Sequence record: SRR20825006_1157
DNA length: 64,000 nt
Direction: 5' to 3' (one strand)
A model generated the notes under the pieces. The model had not been told where the DNA came from and searched no databases. It saw only the letters and a program-made list of their open reading frames with translations. Shown piece after piece: positions 28,718 through 38,116 of the stretch (position 1 is the stretch's first letter; every line of letters begins with the position of its first letter). The translations under genes were made by a program, and so were the position numbers.

Positions 28718-29299
28718 ATGTTTAAATCTGCCCGGTTGGCGGTTTTGCTGTTGGCACCATTTGCGCTCAGCGCTTGTGTTTCGCTCAGCACCATTGGCAC
28801 CATTCAAACCATGTCGAAACTTGATGTGGTCAATGATCCTATTGAAGATATGGTGTTTGCGGTGGAAGCTGACAGCAGCCTGAAGCCGGTGACGGAAAAG
28901 ACATTTTTCGTGTTTTCACTAACGCCAGAAGGCGGCAAAACACAAAAAACATATGTGGGATTACGGAAAGCGGAAGCAGGAGAAATCCCCGGCGCAAACA
29001 TGAACGTGCCAGCGGAGCAAAACCTGCATGTATTTGTGTTCCCAGACGTGGAAAAATCAAAATTAAAAACCATTCAGGCCGAAGTGCGCAGGCTTAAATC
29101 TGAGAAAATTCAAGGCAGCTTAGCCATTGGTGTCGAACCAGAATTTTGCCGCACCACCCCGCAAATTGCGTCCAACTCAAAGTTCAGCATCTATGTCGCC
29201 CGCAACCAAACGGAAACATTGATGCCGCTACTCGCCGATATGAAGGTGAAGGAGCTGGAAGCAAAAGGTGGCCCAAACTTCTTGGCGCCGTGTAAATAG
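28718..29299 (+). CDS. Hypothetical lipoprotein
   Basis: Signal peptide with lipobox LSAC; no recognisable domain. Confidence 0.75.
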   Translation: MFKSARLAVLLLAPFALSACVSLSTIGTIQTMSKLDVVNDPIEDMVFAVEADSSLKPVTEKTFFVFSLTPEGGKTQKTYVGLRKAEAGEIPGANMNVPAEQNLHVFVFPDVEKSKLKTIQAEVRRLKSEKIQGSLAIGVEPEFCRTTPQIASNSKFSIYVARNQTETLMPLLADMKVKELEAKGGPNFLAPCK

Positions 29300-29300
29300 A

Positions 29301-30068
29301 CTAAAGCCGTGTCGCGCTGACCGCCTCGGTTACATAGGGGAAAGAGATTTGCTCTTTCCCTTTCAGTGCTTCATGTGTCGCCGCCAGTTCCCGCAGCTGT
29401 TCAGCGATCTCAGCTTGAACCTCTTCAGGCTGCGCTGCAATGAAGCTGACAGATAAGAAGCGATTAACGATCACTTCCTCGGCTGGGCCGTCATGGCTTT
29501 GCATAAAACTTTGCTTTTCCAGCGGTGAAAAGTGAGGCGAGGGGAGCGGCTTTTGCCAATCCCCTTTATAATAACGCGGCGCGTCCCCCTCATAGGGTGT
29601 GATCAGTTTGGTGATTGCCGCCACCCAATCTACATTTTCGTCGCGTACATTCCAAATCAAACCCAGTTTGCCGCCGGGGCGAAGCACGCGGGCCATTTCA
29701 TTCACCGCAAGATCACTGGCAAACCAGTGGAAGGATTGTGCGCAGATTAATGCATCGACACTTTGATCCGGCAAAGGAATGTCCAACGCGTTACCCTCAA
29801 GCGTTTCAACTTGCGGCAGGTTGGCCTGGAGCGTCTCGCGCATGGCGGCCACAGGCTCCACGGCGATCACATGGTCTGACACTTCGCAAATCCGTTTGGT
29901 GAACTTGCCTGTGCCCGCGCCCAAATCTACAACTTTGCTGTTTTTGCCCACAGCCAGTGTGTCTCGCATCCAATCCAAACTCGCCGCCGCATAATCTGGT
30001 CGCCCAGATTGATATTTATCGGCATTTTTCTGATAGCCGGTGCTGGCGCTTTGGTGGATGCTGGTCAT
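29301..30068 (-). CDS. Class I SAM-dependent methyltransferase
   Basis: YQSGRPDY, VDLGAGTGKFT, AVEP, AQSFHWF, RVLRPGG. Confidence 0.92.
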   Translation of the reverse strand: MTSIHQSASTGYQKNADKYQSGRPDYAAASLDWMRDTLAVGKNSKVVDLGAGTGKFTKRICEVSDHVIAVEPVAAMRETLQANLPQVETLEGNALDIPLPDQSVDALICAQSFHWFASDLAVNEMARVLRPGGKLGLIWNVRDENVDWVAAITKLITPYEGDAPRYYKGDWQKPLPSPHFSPLEKQSFMQSHDGPAEEVIVNRFLSVSFIAAQPEEVQAEIAEQLRELAATHEALKGKEQISFPYVTEAVSATRL

Positions 30069-30071
30069 AAA

Positions 30072-31547
30072 CTAGAACTTGCCACCTGTTTTAAAGCCGC
30101 CGTGATCGCGCTTGCCTTTTGAGCCGCGCGGCGTGCTGCGTGGGCGGGAAAACTCGGATGAGCTAGACCCGAACGTGCCGTAATCTTTCGATTTACGGCG
30201 TTTCTTTGAGCTATAGGATTTGCTGCCCCATGGATTACTATATTGATCCTTGGAGCGGCTGCGTTTTGGACCGCGATATTTTTGTGCCTTTTGCCATTGG
30301 CCCCAATAATTGGAAGCGCTGATGGCACCCTTCAAAAACTCGCCCAAAAGGTCTTCCACCAGATCATCATCAAAATCAAATGATGGGCGGTCATAGCGCT
30401 TTTGTTTGAATTCCCATTCAATATCTTCCAGCTCGCGCCGCCGAACTGCAAGTGTTTTCAGTCGATCTTTGCTGGCATTGATCTCGGTTTCCAACGCAAC
30501 GATTTCGGTGCGCACCGCATCGATCTTGCGCACAATCTGATCATCTTCGCGGGTGGAGGTTTGCCGGGCAGCCGCATAAAGATCTTCCAACCCTTCGCGC
30601 TGCAGGCCAGAGGCAAGCAAATCTACAGCTTCACGATAGGCTGGATTTTTGCCTTCAGAGAATTTCCGCTGCCGATGCACCAACTCGTCCCGTTGGTCCT
30701 CAAGCTCAACCAGCCGCGCATCAATAGCAGCAATAATCTCTTCTGAACGATCTGCGGTTTCGCGGGCCGCTTTGCCGCCATGGGCATCAAACGCTGCATC
30801 CTCAAGCGCATCCAGCTTTTGCCGCTCCGCATCAATTTCATCTTGCAGATGATCAGCGTGTTCGCGCAAGCGCATGGGAATTTCGTTCAGAATAACAAAA
30901 TTAGGCTTGGCATCGTGATAGCGCACCATGCGCGCCACCCAACCATCCAACATGCGGGTGATGTTGCTCGCTTTATAGGCATTGGTGTTATAGCCACGCT
31001 CAAAAAGATACATAAACAGCGGATCGTTGCGATAAGGCGCGCCTTTTTCTTCGCGATCCTTTTCCGCAACGCCTGCTTTTTCGTCGGCGTGGTTAAAGGT
31101 GGCCACCGCATCATCAACTGCTTGTTTCTGCGCTTGATATTTGGCGTCCTTATCAAGGTCGGCAAAAACTTCAGCGCTCAATTGGTCTAGCTTTTTCTGC
31201 GCGGCCTCATAATCGGCCATGGCCGCATCGCGCTTGTCGCGTGTGGCTTCAATGTCTTTATCCACATCCGCCAAAAGCCCAGAAAGCTCGTCCAGCTTGC
31301 TGGCATGGCGCTGCAATATCTCATTGGCTTCTTTTTCCGCGCGCGAAATATAGTCGGTGACTTCTGTGCGCTTTTGCGGGTCAAGCCGCACCTTCGCAAG
31401 CGCGGAAAATTGTTCGCTTTCCACTTCGCGCAGCCGCGCAATCTTGGCCGATGCATCGGCGGAAGATCGGGTAAGCGAACGCTCTTCATCGCGAATGTCG
31501 CGCATTGAGCGATCGAGCCGACGCAGTGCTTCTGGACCTGATACCAT
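30072..31547 (-). CDS. Uncharacterised long coiled-coil protein with basic low-complexity tail
   Basis: 491 aa, charged and helical; central YRNDPLFMYLFERGY segment; ends GGFKTGGKF. Confidence 0.85.
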   Translation of the reverse strand: MVSGPEALRRLDRSMRDIRDEERSLTRSSADASAKIARLREVESEQFSALAKVRLDPQKRTEVTDYISRAEKEANEILQRHASKLDELSGLLADVDKDIEATRDKRDAAMADYEAAQKKLDQLSAEVFADLDKDAKYQAQKQAVDDAVATFNHADEKAGVAEKDREEKGAPYRNDPLFMYLFERGYNTNAYKASNITRMLDGWVARMVRYHDAKPNFVILNEIPMRLREHADHLQDEIDAERQKLDALEDAAFDAHGGKAARETADRSEEIIAAIDARLVELEDQRDELVHRQRKFSEGKNPAYREAVDLLASGLQREGLEDLYAAARQTSTREDDQIVRKIDAVRTEIVALETEINASKDRLKTLAVRRRELEDIEWEFKQKRYDRPSFDFDDDLVEDLLGEFLKGAISASNYWGQWQKAQKYRGPKRSRSKDQYSNPWGSKSYSSKKRRKSKDYGTFGSSSSEFSRPRSTPRGSKGKRDHGGFKTGGKF

Positions 31548-31556
31548 GCTAATGCC

Positions 31557-32486
31557 CTACCACTTTGTTATCGCGCCGCCCAAAACTGGCTGCGTGTAAT
31601 CCACATTGAGATAGCCAAATTCTTTCAGGCCCATAATGTTGTTTTGAATGATTCCATCATCCAGCTTGTCGTCGCGAATGGCTTCAAACTGCACTTCGCT
31701 CACGCGCACCCCCCATTGCTCAACCGTTTCAGCAAGGCCAGATTCTTCGTTGGTGATGCTCTGGGGTAAAATATTGCCGTCAGGCCCAATGGCCTCAACA
31801 ATGATGTAATAATTGCGCGCGTCTTGGTTCACGTCTGGATAAGTCCAAACGCCAGTGTCTGCGCCTTCGCGGTTCACCACTTGCACGCGATATTCGCTTT
31901 GCAATGTGGAAAGCAATCCGTTGAGGTCGCTAAGAAACTTCTCTGCCGCAACTTGATCGCCAGCGCTTGCGGCCAACTTGCCGCGGTCGGCCAGCTCTGC
32001 CGCTTGCGTGTTCGCTGCGTCAACCTTTGCGGTCGCTTCAATCTGCGTCACAAGTTGATCAAACTGGGCAGGCAATTCGGTGCTCAAATAGGTTTGAGTT
32101 GCTGCCACTTGCCCTGCTTGCATGGGCTGATAAACCAGAAAATAGCCTGAAAGGCCAATACCAAGCGCCAGGCCGATGCCAAGCACCCATTTGCCCCAGC
32201 GCCCGCGTGACACATAGGCACGCGCAAGCATATATCCAAACCCGCCCGTGGGCGGGTTGTAAGTGAAACGAGATTCTTTGAGTGCGTTCACGCCCTCTTG
32301 CAAAATGTGATCGGGCACATCAATGCCCTGCTGGTGATAGATTTCGCGCAAGCGATCCACCAATGTGGAGGCCCGGTTCTCTTCATTCAGTTCCCGCGCC
32401 ACCAGATCATTGCGATGGCGCAGTGTGTCCACCACGTCCATCGCCATCATCACATCGTCAAGCGGTAAAGACTTGTCTTTGTTCAA
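31557..32486 (-). CDS. Single-pass membrane protein, DUF6384-like
   Basis: LDDVMMAMDVVDTLRH N-domain, TM segment WVLGIGLALGIGLSGYFLVY, beta-rich C-domain ending GGAITKW. TTG start after GGGA. Confidence 0.8.
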   Translation of the reverse strand: MNKDKSLPLDDVMMAMDVVDTLRHRNDLVARELNEENRASTLVDRLREIYHQQGIDVPDHILQEGVNALKESRFTYNPPTGGFGYMLARAYVSRGRWGKWVLGIGLALGIGLSGYFLVYQPMQAGQVAATQTYLSTELPAQFDQLVTQIEATAKVDAANTQAAELADRGKLAASAGDQVAAEKFLSDLNGLLSTLQSEYRVQVVNREGADTGVWTYPDVNQDARNYYIIVEAIGPDGNILPQSITNEESGLAETVEQWGVRVSEVQFEAIRDDKLDDGIIQNNIMGLKEFGYLNVDYTQPVLGGAITKW

Positions 32487-32520
32487 AACGCTTATCCCGT
32501 TTCGTCTCTATGCCGTTTGC

Positions 32521-33708
32521 TTAGCTTTGCTTTTGTTCAACCAAAAGCGTGTTGCCTTCGGCAGCCAACTTCGCCAAACGTTGCTTGCCATCTTCAACAG
32601 CATCGCGGATTTCGGCTGAGTTTTTGGTGGATTGCTCACGCATCTCATTGATGATTGTGCGAGACTTCTCTTGGAAGTTCACAACACTATCCACCAGCTT
32701 TTTCACTGCATCAGCGCGAATGGTTGGGCCATAACCAGCTTTAAGTGCTTCTTCTTGCACGCTGTCGCCAATCTCCGCCAATGTTTCAAGGCTTTTAGAC
32801 ATGCCTTCCTTCATCGCGTTCAAGGTTTCAGTGCTTTCATGCAAGCCAAACAGGCCGGTGAAAGACGCGCTCAATGCGGTCAACACAGTCTCGTTGGTTG
32901 AGAAGAAGGAGATGGATTGCTGATAAACCCGCTCTTTGGCGTTGGTGGTTTGCATCAAGCGCGCCATGATCACTTCTGACGTGTTGTAAGAAATCGTCAA
33001 ATTGTCAGAAAGGTCTTTCGCAATCTGATAGCGACGCTCTTCTTGCTGCATTTCGCGCAACCGTTCGTCGCGTGCCATTTCCAACCGAGCACGGTCAGCC
33101 GGCGTGCCATCAGCAAAGTTTTCCAACTCTTTTGTGGCATTGCTCAAATGCTCTTTGCGCTCATTCAGTTTGGCTTCGGCTTTTTCAAGCACTTCAAGCG
33201 CCATCACTTCAGATTGCTTCAGCGCACCGCGGAAATCGCGATAGGCTTCCAAAATTGTATGTTCGCGATCAACTTGATCTTTCGTGTCTTTGGTCACTTC
33301 AAGATAAGTGGTGCGGATTTTGTCGAAGCGGGTTGGAATGTCGCCGCGTGTCACTTTCATCCAAACGTTGGATGCACGCTCCAGCAGGTCCAACTTGCCA
33401 TCTTCAAGCTGGTCCACCATGCCTTTGGCGTCGTCGCGGATGCTATCAAAGCCATTGGTGATGTCTTCATAGCGCTGGCCAATATTCATGGCCGCAATTT
33501 GTTCGCGCACAACTTCGTTGAAAATACTCGCTTGGTTCAACGTCCGGCCAATCAAAATGACGCGGGTTTCGTCCAAATCGGTGATTTCTTGCAGAAGTCC
33601 GGTAATCGGCGCCTCTTCAACAGTTTCTGGCCAAAGGCCCATTTCGCGGATCGCGCCCACTGCCTTGTCTAGATATTGCAATGGTTTTTCAGCGAGTTCA
33701 TTAGCCAT
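32521..33708 (-). CDS. All-helical protein with distant TelA (toxic anion resistance)-like pattern
   Basis: 395 aa from ATG 33708 (after GGGGAA). No signal peptide or clear TM; long amphipathic helices. Confidence 0.75.
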   Translation of the reverse strand: MANELAEKPLQYLDKAVGAIREMGLWPETVEEAPITGLLQEITDLDETRVILIGRTLNQASIFNEVVREQIAAMNIGQRYEDITNGFDSIRDDAKGMVDQLEDGKLDLLERASNVWMKVTRGDIPTRFDKIRTTYLEVTKDTKDQVDREHTILEAYRDFRGALKQSEVMALEVLEKAEAKLNERKEHLSNATKELENFADGTPADRARLEMARDERLREMQQEERRYQIAKDLSDNLTISYNTSEVIMARLMQTTNAKERVYQQSISFFSTNETVLTALSASFTGLFGLHESTETLNAMKEGMSKSLETLAEIGDSVQEEALKAGYGPTIRADAVKKLVDSVVNFQEKSRTIINEMREQSTKNSAEIRDAVEDGKQRLAKLAAEGNTLLVEQKQS

Positions 33709-33840
33709 AATTGTTTCCCCATTCAGCCTTGGAACCAAAAGTGTTAGATAATTCTTTTATCTTCATCAATTGACACAGTGCAAGCATGTTACCATGTGTT
33801 GAAGATATTGGAATTGTTTCGCTTGAGGTAAAGGCCTTTT

Positions 33841-34335
33841 ATGAAATTTGTTGGACATTACCGCATCACAGCCCCAAGATTGTCGGTCTGGGAAGCGCTA
33901 AATGATACAGACGTGCTCAAGGCCTGCATCCCCGGTTGCGACCGGATTGAGTGGGTGGATAGCGAAAATCTGGAAGCCTCAATCACCGTAAATTTGGGCC
34001 TGATGAAACCGACATTTGTGGGTGATCTTAGTCTGTCGAATGTGGAGCCTGCTCGGGCTTACACGCTTTCAGGCGGCGGTCGTGGCGGGCTTTTGGGCCT
34101 TGCGCGCGGCGCGGCAGATATTGAATTGCAAGATTGGGGTTTGGCCAACGAGGCCTGCATTTTAAAGTTTGAAGCCCATGGTGAAGTTTCCGGTTCTATC
34201 GAAAAACTCGGCTCAAAAATCGTAGGTAAAAGTGCCCAAGGGGTGATTGATCGGTTCTTCAGCCGCTTCGCTGCGCAAATTGACGCAGAAGCCATCCCGG
34301 TGGAAACGGAAGAGCCCGCCGCATCGGATCAATAA
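33841..34335 (+). CDS. CoxG-like SRPBCC-fold protein
   Basis: VWEALND.DVLKACIPGC, F.G...LS, KLGSKIV...A....DRFF. No cox genes nearby. Confidence 0.85.
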   Translation: MKFVGHYRITAPRLSVWEALNDTDVLKACIPGCDRIEWVDSENLEASITVNLGLMKPTFVGDLSLSNVEPARAYTLSGGGRGGLLGLARGAADIELQDWGLANEACILKFEAHGEVSGSIEKLGSKIVGKSAQGVIDRFFSRFAAQIDAEAIPVETEEPAASDQ

Positions 34336-34467
34336 AAAGATCAAGAATATTCTCACACTTATGTGAGCAAGAGTTGTTGCCCTAAGGGGCTGTACTTCTC
34401 GCGCCAATCGCGTATCAAATATCTGCAATTGTTCGATCAATAAGCACTCACGTGCGAAGGATATTTT

Positions 34468-35721
34468 ATGCGTAAAAATCGGTTTTTCCGTTCCCCCGCC
34501 GCAAAGCAATTGGCCCTTGCATCAATTATTGCCTTGGGTGCGCCTGCCCACGCTTTGGCGCAGGATCAAGCGCCAGACCCCGCAAATTGGGAAAGCGTTT
34601 TGGAGCAGGCGCAGGGCCAAACCGTTTATTTTAACGCGTGGGGCGGCGCGCCAAATATCAATAATTATATTGCTTGGGTGGGCGACAAGTTGAAAGCCGA
34701 ATATGGCGTCACCCTCGAACATGTAAAACTTGAAGACACTGCAACCGCGGTCAGCCGTGTGATCACGGAAAAAGCTGCGGGCCGCAATTCTGGCGGTTCG
34801 GTCGATCTTATTTGGATCAATGGCGAAAACTTCGCCGCCATGAAAGAACAAGGTCTGCTGATTGATGACAATTGGGCTGAACAACTACCCAATTATCAAT
34901 ATGCCGACATTGAGGGTAAGCCGACCCTAACCTACGATTTTACCGTGCCAGTTGAAGGGCAAGAAAGCCCATGGGGCATGGCGCAATTGACCTTCTATTA
35001 TGACAGCGAGATTTTGCCGGAGCCGCCAACCTCACTTGAAGGCCTTGCAGCCTGGGCCGAAGAAAATCCCGGGCGCTTTACTTATGCTGCCCCACCAAAC
35101 TTTATCGGTACAACATTCTTGAAACAGGTGTTGTATGGTGTGGTAGATGACCCGTCCATCCTGCGCGAGCCAGCCACCAAAGAAGTGTTTGACGAGGCAA
35201 CAGCGCCGCTTTGGACCTATCTGGAAGAGATCAAGCCACATCTTTGGCGCGATGGCGCAATTTACGCCAAGGACACAACCCAGTTGAAAAATCTGCTGGC
35301 TGATGGCGAAATCGATATCGCGATGACCTTTAATCCCGGCGAAGCATCATCCGCCATCAATGCTGGTGAATTGCCGCCAAGCGTGCGGTCCTTCGTTATG
35401 GACTATGGCTCAATGGGCAACTCTCATTTCGTGACCATTCCTTACAATGCCAACGCAAAAGCAGGGGCAATGGTAGTAGCAAACTTCCTGCTCTCCGCTG
35501 AAGCACAGGCACGCAAGGCTGACGAAAATGTGTGGGGCGACCCATCTGTTCTGGCCATCAATGCCTTGCCTGCGGAACAAAAAGCCTATTTTGACGCATT
35601 AGAGCTGGGCGCGGCCACTTTGCAAGGCGAAGAGTTTGGCAAAACCTTGCTCGAGCCTCATGCAAGCTGGGCGACCATGCTTGAGGAAGAATGGTCAAAA
35701 CGCTTCATGCGCGATATGTAA
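34468..35721 (+). CDS. ABC transporter substrate-binding protein, YnjB-like
   Basis: GQTVYFNAWGG, GSVDLIWINGENF, ESPWGMAQ, GRFTY, WGDP; signal peptide. Confidence 0.88.
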   Translation: MRKNRFFRSPAAKQLALASIIALGAPAHALAQDQAPDPANWESVLEQAQGQTVYFNAWGGAPNINNYIAWVGDKLKAEYGVTLEHVKLEDTATAVSRVITEKAAGRNSGGSVDLIWINGENFAAMKEQGLLIDDNWAEQLPNYQYADIEGKPTLTYDFTVPVEGQESPWGMAQLTFYYDSEILPEPPTSLEGLAAWAEENPGRFTYAAPPNFIGTTFLKQVLYGVVDDPSILREPATKEVFDEATAPLWTYLEEIKPHLWRDGAIYAKDTTQLKNLLADGEIDIAMTFNPGEASSAINAGELPPSVRSFVMDYGSMGNSHFVTIPYNANAKAGAMVVANFLLSAEAQARKADENVWGDPSVLAINALPAEQKAYFDALELGAATLQGEEFGKTLLEPHASWATMLEEEWSKRFMRDM

Positions 35722-37439
35722 TGCACATGACCAATCGGGCGCTGAACATCTTATTTTGGGCAGCGCCCTTTCTTGTGATCCTGTTGCTCACCGCGCCACT
35801 TTTGGCGGGGCTGTTGGGTGTTGCAGCACCAGCTTTGGGCTATTTCCCAACATTGGGTGGACTGGAACTTACTTGGGATCATTTGCACAAAGCCATGCAT
35901 GTGCCTGGCTTTTGGCATTCCGTGCATCTGTCCATATGGATCGGTTTGGCCACCACGCTTATTTCCTTTGTGATCGTGGTTGGCTTTTTCGCGGCCTTTT
36001 GGGATGCGCCGATATTCGGCAAAATCACGCGTTTTATCTCCCCGCTTATGTCGGTGCCACATGCCGCAGCCGCATTTGGCTTTGCGTTCCTGTTCGCGCC
36101 CTCTGGCTGGCTGATCCGGATTTTGTCGCCTTGGGCCACAGGCTTTGACCGCCCGCCTGATTGGCTGATCATCAATGACCCGCTGGGTTATGCTTTGTTG
36201 GCAGGGTTGGTGCTGAAAGAAGTGCCCTTTCTGTTTCTCATGTGCCTCACCGCTGCGTCCCAAATCAATGTGGATCAACGGCTGAAGCTGGCCCGCACGC
36301 TGGGCTATGGCCGCATTTGGGCGTGGCTCACCGTGGTTATGCCCGCGCTCTATCGGCAAATCCGCTTGCCGATTTTTGCGGTGATTGCTTTTTCCAGCTC
36401 GGTGGTGGATGTTGCCCTGATCCTTGGTCCAAACTTGCCGCCAAGTTTGCCCGTGCAGATTTTGCGCTGGATGAACGATCCTGACATTGAAATGCGCTTT
36501 GTCGCCGCTGCGGGTGCCGTGTTCCAGCTTGCTGCGACACTGGTCGCCTTGCTCATTTGGTGGCTGCTCGAAATGCTATGCAGCTATTTGATGCGGCAAA
36601 TGCAAACCAAAGGCATGCGTCACCAAAATGATCAGATTTTGCGCGGCCTGTTCAGCGGCACCATGCTCACGCTCGTGCTGATTTCCATGGCCAGCCTGAT
36701 CATTCTCGGCATTTGGTCTTTGGCGGGGTATTGGCGTTTTCCAGAAGCCTTGCCACGCAGCATGAATTTTAGCCGTTGGATGGAAAATGCACCCTATTTC
36801 TGGGGGGCAACATTTAACGCCATTCAGATCGGCATTGTGGCCACATTGATTTCTGTCGGCCAGACGCTGATCTGCCTTGAAAATGAATGCCGCCACAATA
36901 TCCGGCTGACCCAAAAAGCGTTGCGGCTGATCTATCTGCCGCTGATTGTGCCGCAAATTGCCTTTATCTCGGGCATTTCCATTTTGTTGGTGCGGTACGG
37001 GTTAGATGGCAGCTTTTGGCCCGTTGCACTGATGCATGTGGTGTTTGTGTTTCCCTATACCTATCTGGCGCTGGAAGCGAGTTTTCATGATCTGGACCCG
37101 CGCTATATGCAAACAGCCGCCGCGCTTGGCAAATCGCAAAACCGCATTTTCTTTCAAATCAAATTGCCCATGTTGCTGCGGCCGATTTTAACGGCGCTGG
37201 CGCTAGGCTTTGCCATTTCTGTCGCGCAATATCTCCCAACCTTGTTGATCGGGGCAGGGCGTGTGCCCACCATCACCACAGAGGCGGTGGCCTTGGCTTC
37301 CGGCGGGGATCGGCGTTTGATCGGCATTTATGCGTTGGTGCAAACCTTGCTGCCAGCAATCGGGTTTGCGCTGGCATTGGCCTTGCCTAAACTGCTTTAT
37401 CCCAACAAAATTTACTTCGCCAAACAGCGGGAGGCCTAG
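35721..37439 (+). CDS. ABC transporter permease with two fused TM domains, YnjC-like
   Basis: SVPHAAAA, KEVPFL, LGPNLP, WRFP, AQYLPTL, TEAVAL. TAATG overlap with the SBP gene. Confidence 0.88.
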   Translation: MHMTNRALNILFWAAPFLVILLLTAPLLAGLLGVAAPALGYFPTLGGLELTWDHLHKAMHVPGFWHSVHLSIWIGLATTLISFVIVVGFFAAFWDAPIFGKITRFISPLMSVPHAAAAFGFAFLFAPSGWLIRILSPWATGFDRPPDWLIINDPLGYALLAGLVLKEVPFLFLMCLTAASQINVDQRLKLARTLGYGRIWAWLTVVMPALYRQIRLPIFAVIAFSSSVVDVALILGPNLPPSLPVQILRWMNDPDIEMRFVAAAGAVFQLAATLVALLIWWLLEMLCSYLMRQMQTKGMRHQNDQILRGLFSGTMLTLVLISMASLIILGIWSLAGYWRFPEALPRSMNFSRWMENAPYFWGATFNAIQIGIVATLISVGQTLICLENECRHNIRLTQKALRLIYLPLIVPQIAFISGISILLVRYGLDGSFWPVALMHVVFVFPYTYLALEASFHDLDPRYMQTAAALGKSQNRIFFQIKLPMLLRPILTALALGFAISVAQYLPTLLIGAGRVPTITTEAVALASGGDRRLIGIYALVQTLLPAIGFALALALPKLLYPNKIYFAKQREA

Positions 37440-38084
37440 ATGGTCGAACATAGTCTGCACCTGAAAGATTTGCGCATCTCGCTGGGCGATGAATTGCTGT
37501 TCCATCTGGACGCTGAAATCAAAGCTGGGGACGTGTTGAGCGTTATGGGGCCATCGGGTTCGGGCAAGTCGACTTTGCTCAACGCCATTTCAGGCTTCCT
37601 CTCACCACGTTTTACGTGCGAAGGGAAAATCCTTCTTGATGGGCAAGATGTAACCCATCAAGACCCAAGCTTGCGCAAAATCGGACTGATGTTTCAGGAC
37701 CCGCTTCTTTTCCCTCATATGAGTGTTGAGGACAATCTGCTTTTTGCTTTGCCCCGTGGCGGCAGCAAGCATGAGCGGTGCGAAAAAGTGCGTGAAAAAT
37801 TGCGGGCGGTAAATTTGGAAGAGCTGGGCCCACGCGATCCGCTCACCCTTTCTGGCGGCCAACAATCGCGCATTGCGCTGATGCGTTTGCTGTTGTCTAA
37901 CCCACGCGCTTTATTGTTGGATGAGCCCTTTTCTTCGCTCGATGTAGAGCTGCGGGCGCGGGTTCGGCAGTTTGTTTTTGCACAGGCGCGCGAGAATCGA
38001 CTGCCGGTTTTAATAGTTACCCACGATCGGGCGGATGCAGAGGCCGCTGGCGGGCCAATTATTAACCTCTTGAATCATAAATAA
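37440..38084 (+). CDS. ABC transporter ATP-binding protein, YnjD-like
   Basis: GPSGSGKST, FQDPLLFPH, LSGGQ, LLLDEPF, VTHD. Confidence 0.9.
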   Translation: MVEHSLHLKDLRISLGDELLFHLDAEIKAGDVLSVMGPSGSGKSTLLNAISGFLSPRFTCEGKILLDGQDVTHQDPSLRKIGLMFQDPLLFPHMSVEDNLLFALPRGGSKHERCEKVREKLRAVNLEELGPRDPLTLSGGQQSRIALMRLLLSNPRALLLDEPFSSLDVELRARVRQFVFAQARENRLPVLIVTHDRADAEAAGGPIINLLNHK

Positions 38085-38116
38085 AAATTTCTTCCGTTCG
38101 GTCAAAAATGCAATTA

